NCBI GenBank assembly: GCA_043808365.1
Contig: JAZDEZ010000021.1
Coordinates: forward strand, 128,403-192,402
Source: Patescibacteria group bacterium
GTDB taxonomy: Bacteria > Patescibacteriota > Patescibacteriia > UBA10025 > JAHIVO01
Direction: 5' to 3'
DNA: 64,000 nucleotides
Positions 63,225 to 64,000 of the stretch are shown here, piece by piece (the first letter of the stretch is position 1; each line of letters starts with the position of its first letter). The notes below the pieces were generated by a model. It worked only from the letters and a program-made list of their open reading frames with translations, was not told where the DNA came from and did not search any database. The position numbers and the translations under genes are program-made.

Positions 63225-63596
63225 TTATTTTTTATATATTTTTTCATTTGTCCGGTAGCCATCATCTTCTGCCCAGACCAGGTACAGACGTTTGGCGAAG
63301 CCGCCCTTACGTTTCATATTCTTTTTTAGTTCGTACCGGATGCAAGAGGGCTTGATCTTTTTGTATCGACGGATCGCTTTCAGCACTTCGTAGATGTCGG
63401 CAAGTTCGGAAGTTAGTTCCTGCCTGTTTTTGGTGGCGAGCAAGCCGGATGCTTCCTCACCTACCTTTTTATACAGCTCTGTCTCAAATTGCCTCAAGGA
63501 CAGTTTTTTTACAAAGAACTGCGCTCCCTTTGTACTAATTATGTGAGGAATCCGGTCGCGCACTAGCTTGTGGTAGTAGATCTTTTTCATTGGCAA
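63225..63596 (-). CDS. MazG-superfamily NTP pyrophosphohydrolase-like protein (phosphoribosyl-ATP PPase-like)
   Basis: YHKLVRDRIPHII N-terminal motif and an EE..E acidic helix. Confidence 0.6.
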   Translation of the reverse strand: MPMKKIYYHKLVRDRIPHIISTKGAQFFVKKLSLRQFETELYKKVGEEASGLLATKNRQELTSELADIYEVLKAIRRYKKIKPSCIRYELKKNMKRKGGFAKRLYLVWAEDDGYRTNEKIYKK

Positions 63597-63656
63597 AATA
63601 AGCGGTTAATGTCCACTATATAATAACATGGCTCTTTTGTTCTTGGAATGGGAAGG

Positions 63657-63728
63657 TGCCGAGGGCCAGAATCGGACTGGCGACGCAAGGATTTTCAGTC
63701 CTTCGCTCTACCACTGAGCTACCTCGGC
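63657..63728 (-). tRNA. tRNA-Phe (GAA)
   Basis: Anticodon loop CTGAAAA. The T-arm GCCAG-TCCGATT-CTGGC has C at position 55. CCA is not encoded. Confidence 0.85.
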
Positions 63729-63764
63729 ATAAAAAACCTCGGCACGTGAAGAAAAATATTTAAT

Positions 63765-63860
63765 GATTTTCAGTCCGGAGACCTGCCCCGCACACGAGCG
63801 CAGTGAGTGTTGCGGGGGTCTACCACTGAGCCTGCCTGCCGGCAGGCAGGCTACCTCGGC
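63765..63860 (-). pseudogene. insert-riddled 5' fragment of tRNA-Phe
   Basis: GCCGAGGTAGC, then [CTGCCTGCCGGCAGGCAGG], then CTCAGTGGTAGA, then [a roughly 39-nt insert with CCCCGCA...TGCGGGG arms], then CCGGACTGAAAATC. Similarity then ends. Confidence 0.7.
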
Positions 63861-63897
63861 GGGATCACCGGCATAAGCGAGTATTATTTTTACCAAC

Positions 63898-63974
63898 TGG
63901 TGGGGACGAGAGGAGTTGAACCTCTGACCTTCACAATGTCAATGTGACGCTCTAACCAACTGAGCTACGTCCCC
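63898..63974 (-). tRNA. tRNA-Val (GAC)
   Basis: Anticodon loop TTGACAT and T-arm AGAGG-TTCAACT-CCTCT. CCA is encoded. Confidence 0.9.
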
Positions 63975-63980
63975 GTGAGC

Positions 63981-64000
63981 TGGTGGGCGACCCAGGAGTT
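63981..64000 (-). tRNA. 3' end of another tRNA, cut by the window edge
   Basis: Minus strand ends ...CTCCTGGGTCGCCCACCA, which is a T-stem, acceptor strand and CCA. Confidence 0.6.

Overview
This 64-kb window comes from a compact bacterial genome. Its gene content looks like an uncultivated small-genome lineage such as CPR/Patescibacteria, but that is inference only. I call about 62 intact protein genes, mostly housekeeping: rplS, rpsO-pnp, nusA, tig, rnhB, nfo, ddl, cca, hppA, plsC and mgtA. There is also an OmpR/HK two-component pair next to a MacAB-like exporter, a 985-aa NHL/FG-GAP surface protein, 11 complete tRNA genes and one partial tRNA at the window edge. There are no rRNA genes and no CRISPR array.

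The most unusual content is non-coding or mobile:
1. A 2.5-kb segment sits in the 3' end of a cold-shock gene. It carries a frameshifted helicase with five C-terminal repeats and is bracketed by 127-bp repeats whose coding differences are all synonymous.
2. Four tRNA genes (Gly-GCC, Cys, Gly-TCC, Phe) are each preceded by a truncated 5' pseudo-copy. The copies are interrupted by small GC-rich hairpin inserts, several of them with TCCCGC...GCGGGA-type ends.
3. Two tRNAs have perfect 9-bp leader/trailer helices that extend the acceptor stem. Two tRNAs share a tandem CCGAC hairpin leader module.
4. A GIY-YIG ORF with an in-frame TGA is bounded by 15-bp inverted repeats. A 108-bp ORF-less element at the mgtA stop carries the same termini.
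5. A low-GC islet encodes two paralogous membrane-anchored proteins.
6. A family of nested GC-rich palindromes fills the intergenic DNA and generates spurious ORFs.

All homology calls rest on motifs read by eye. No database search was run.
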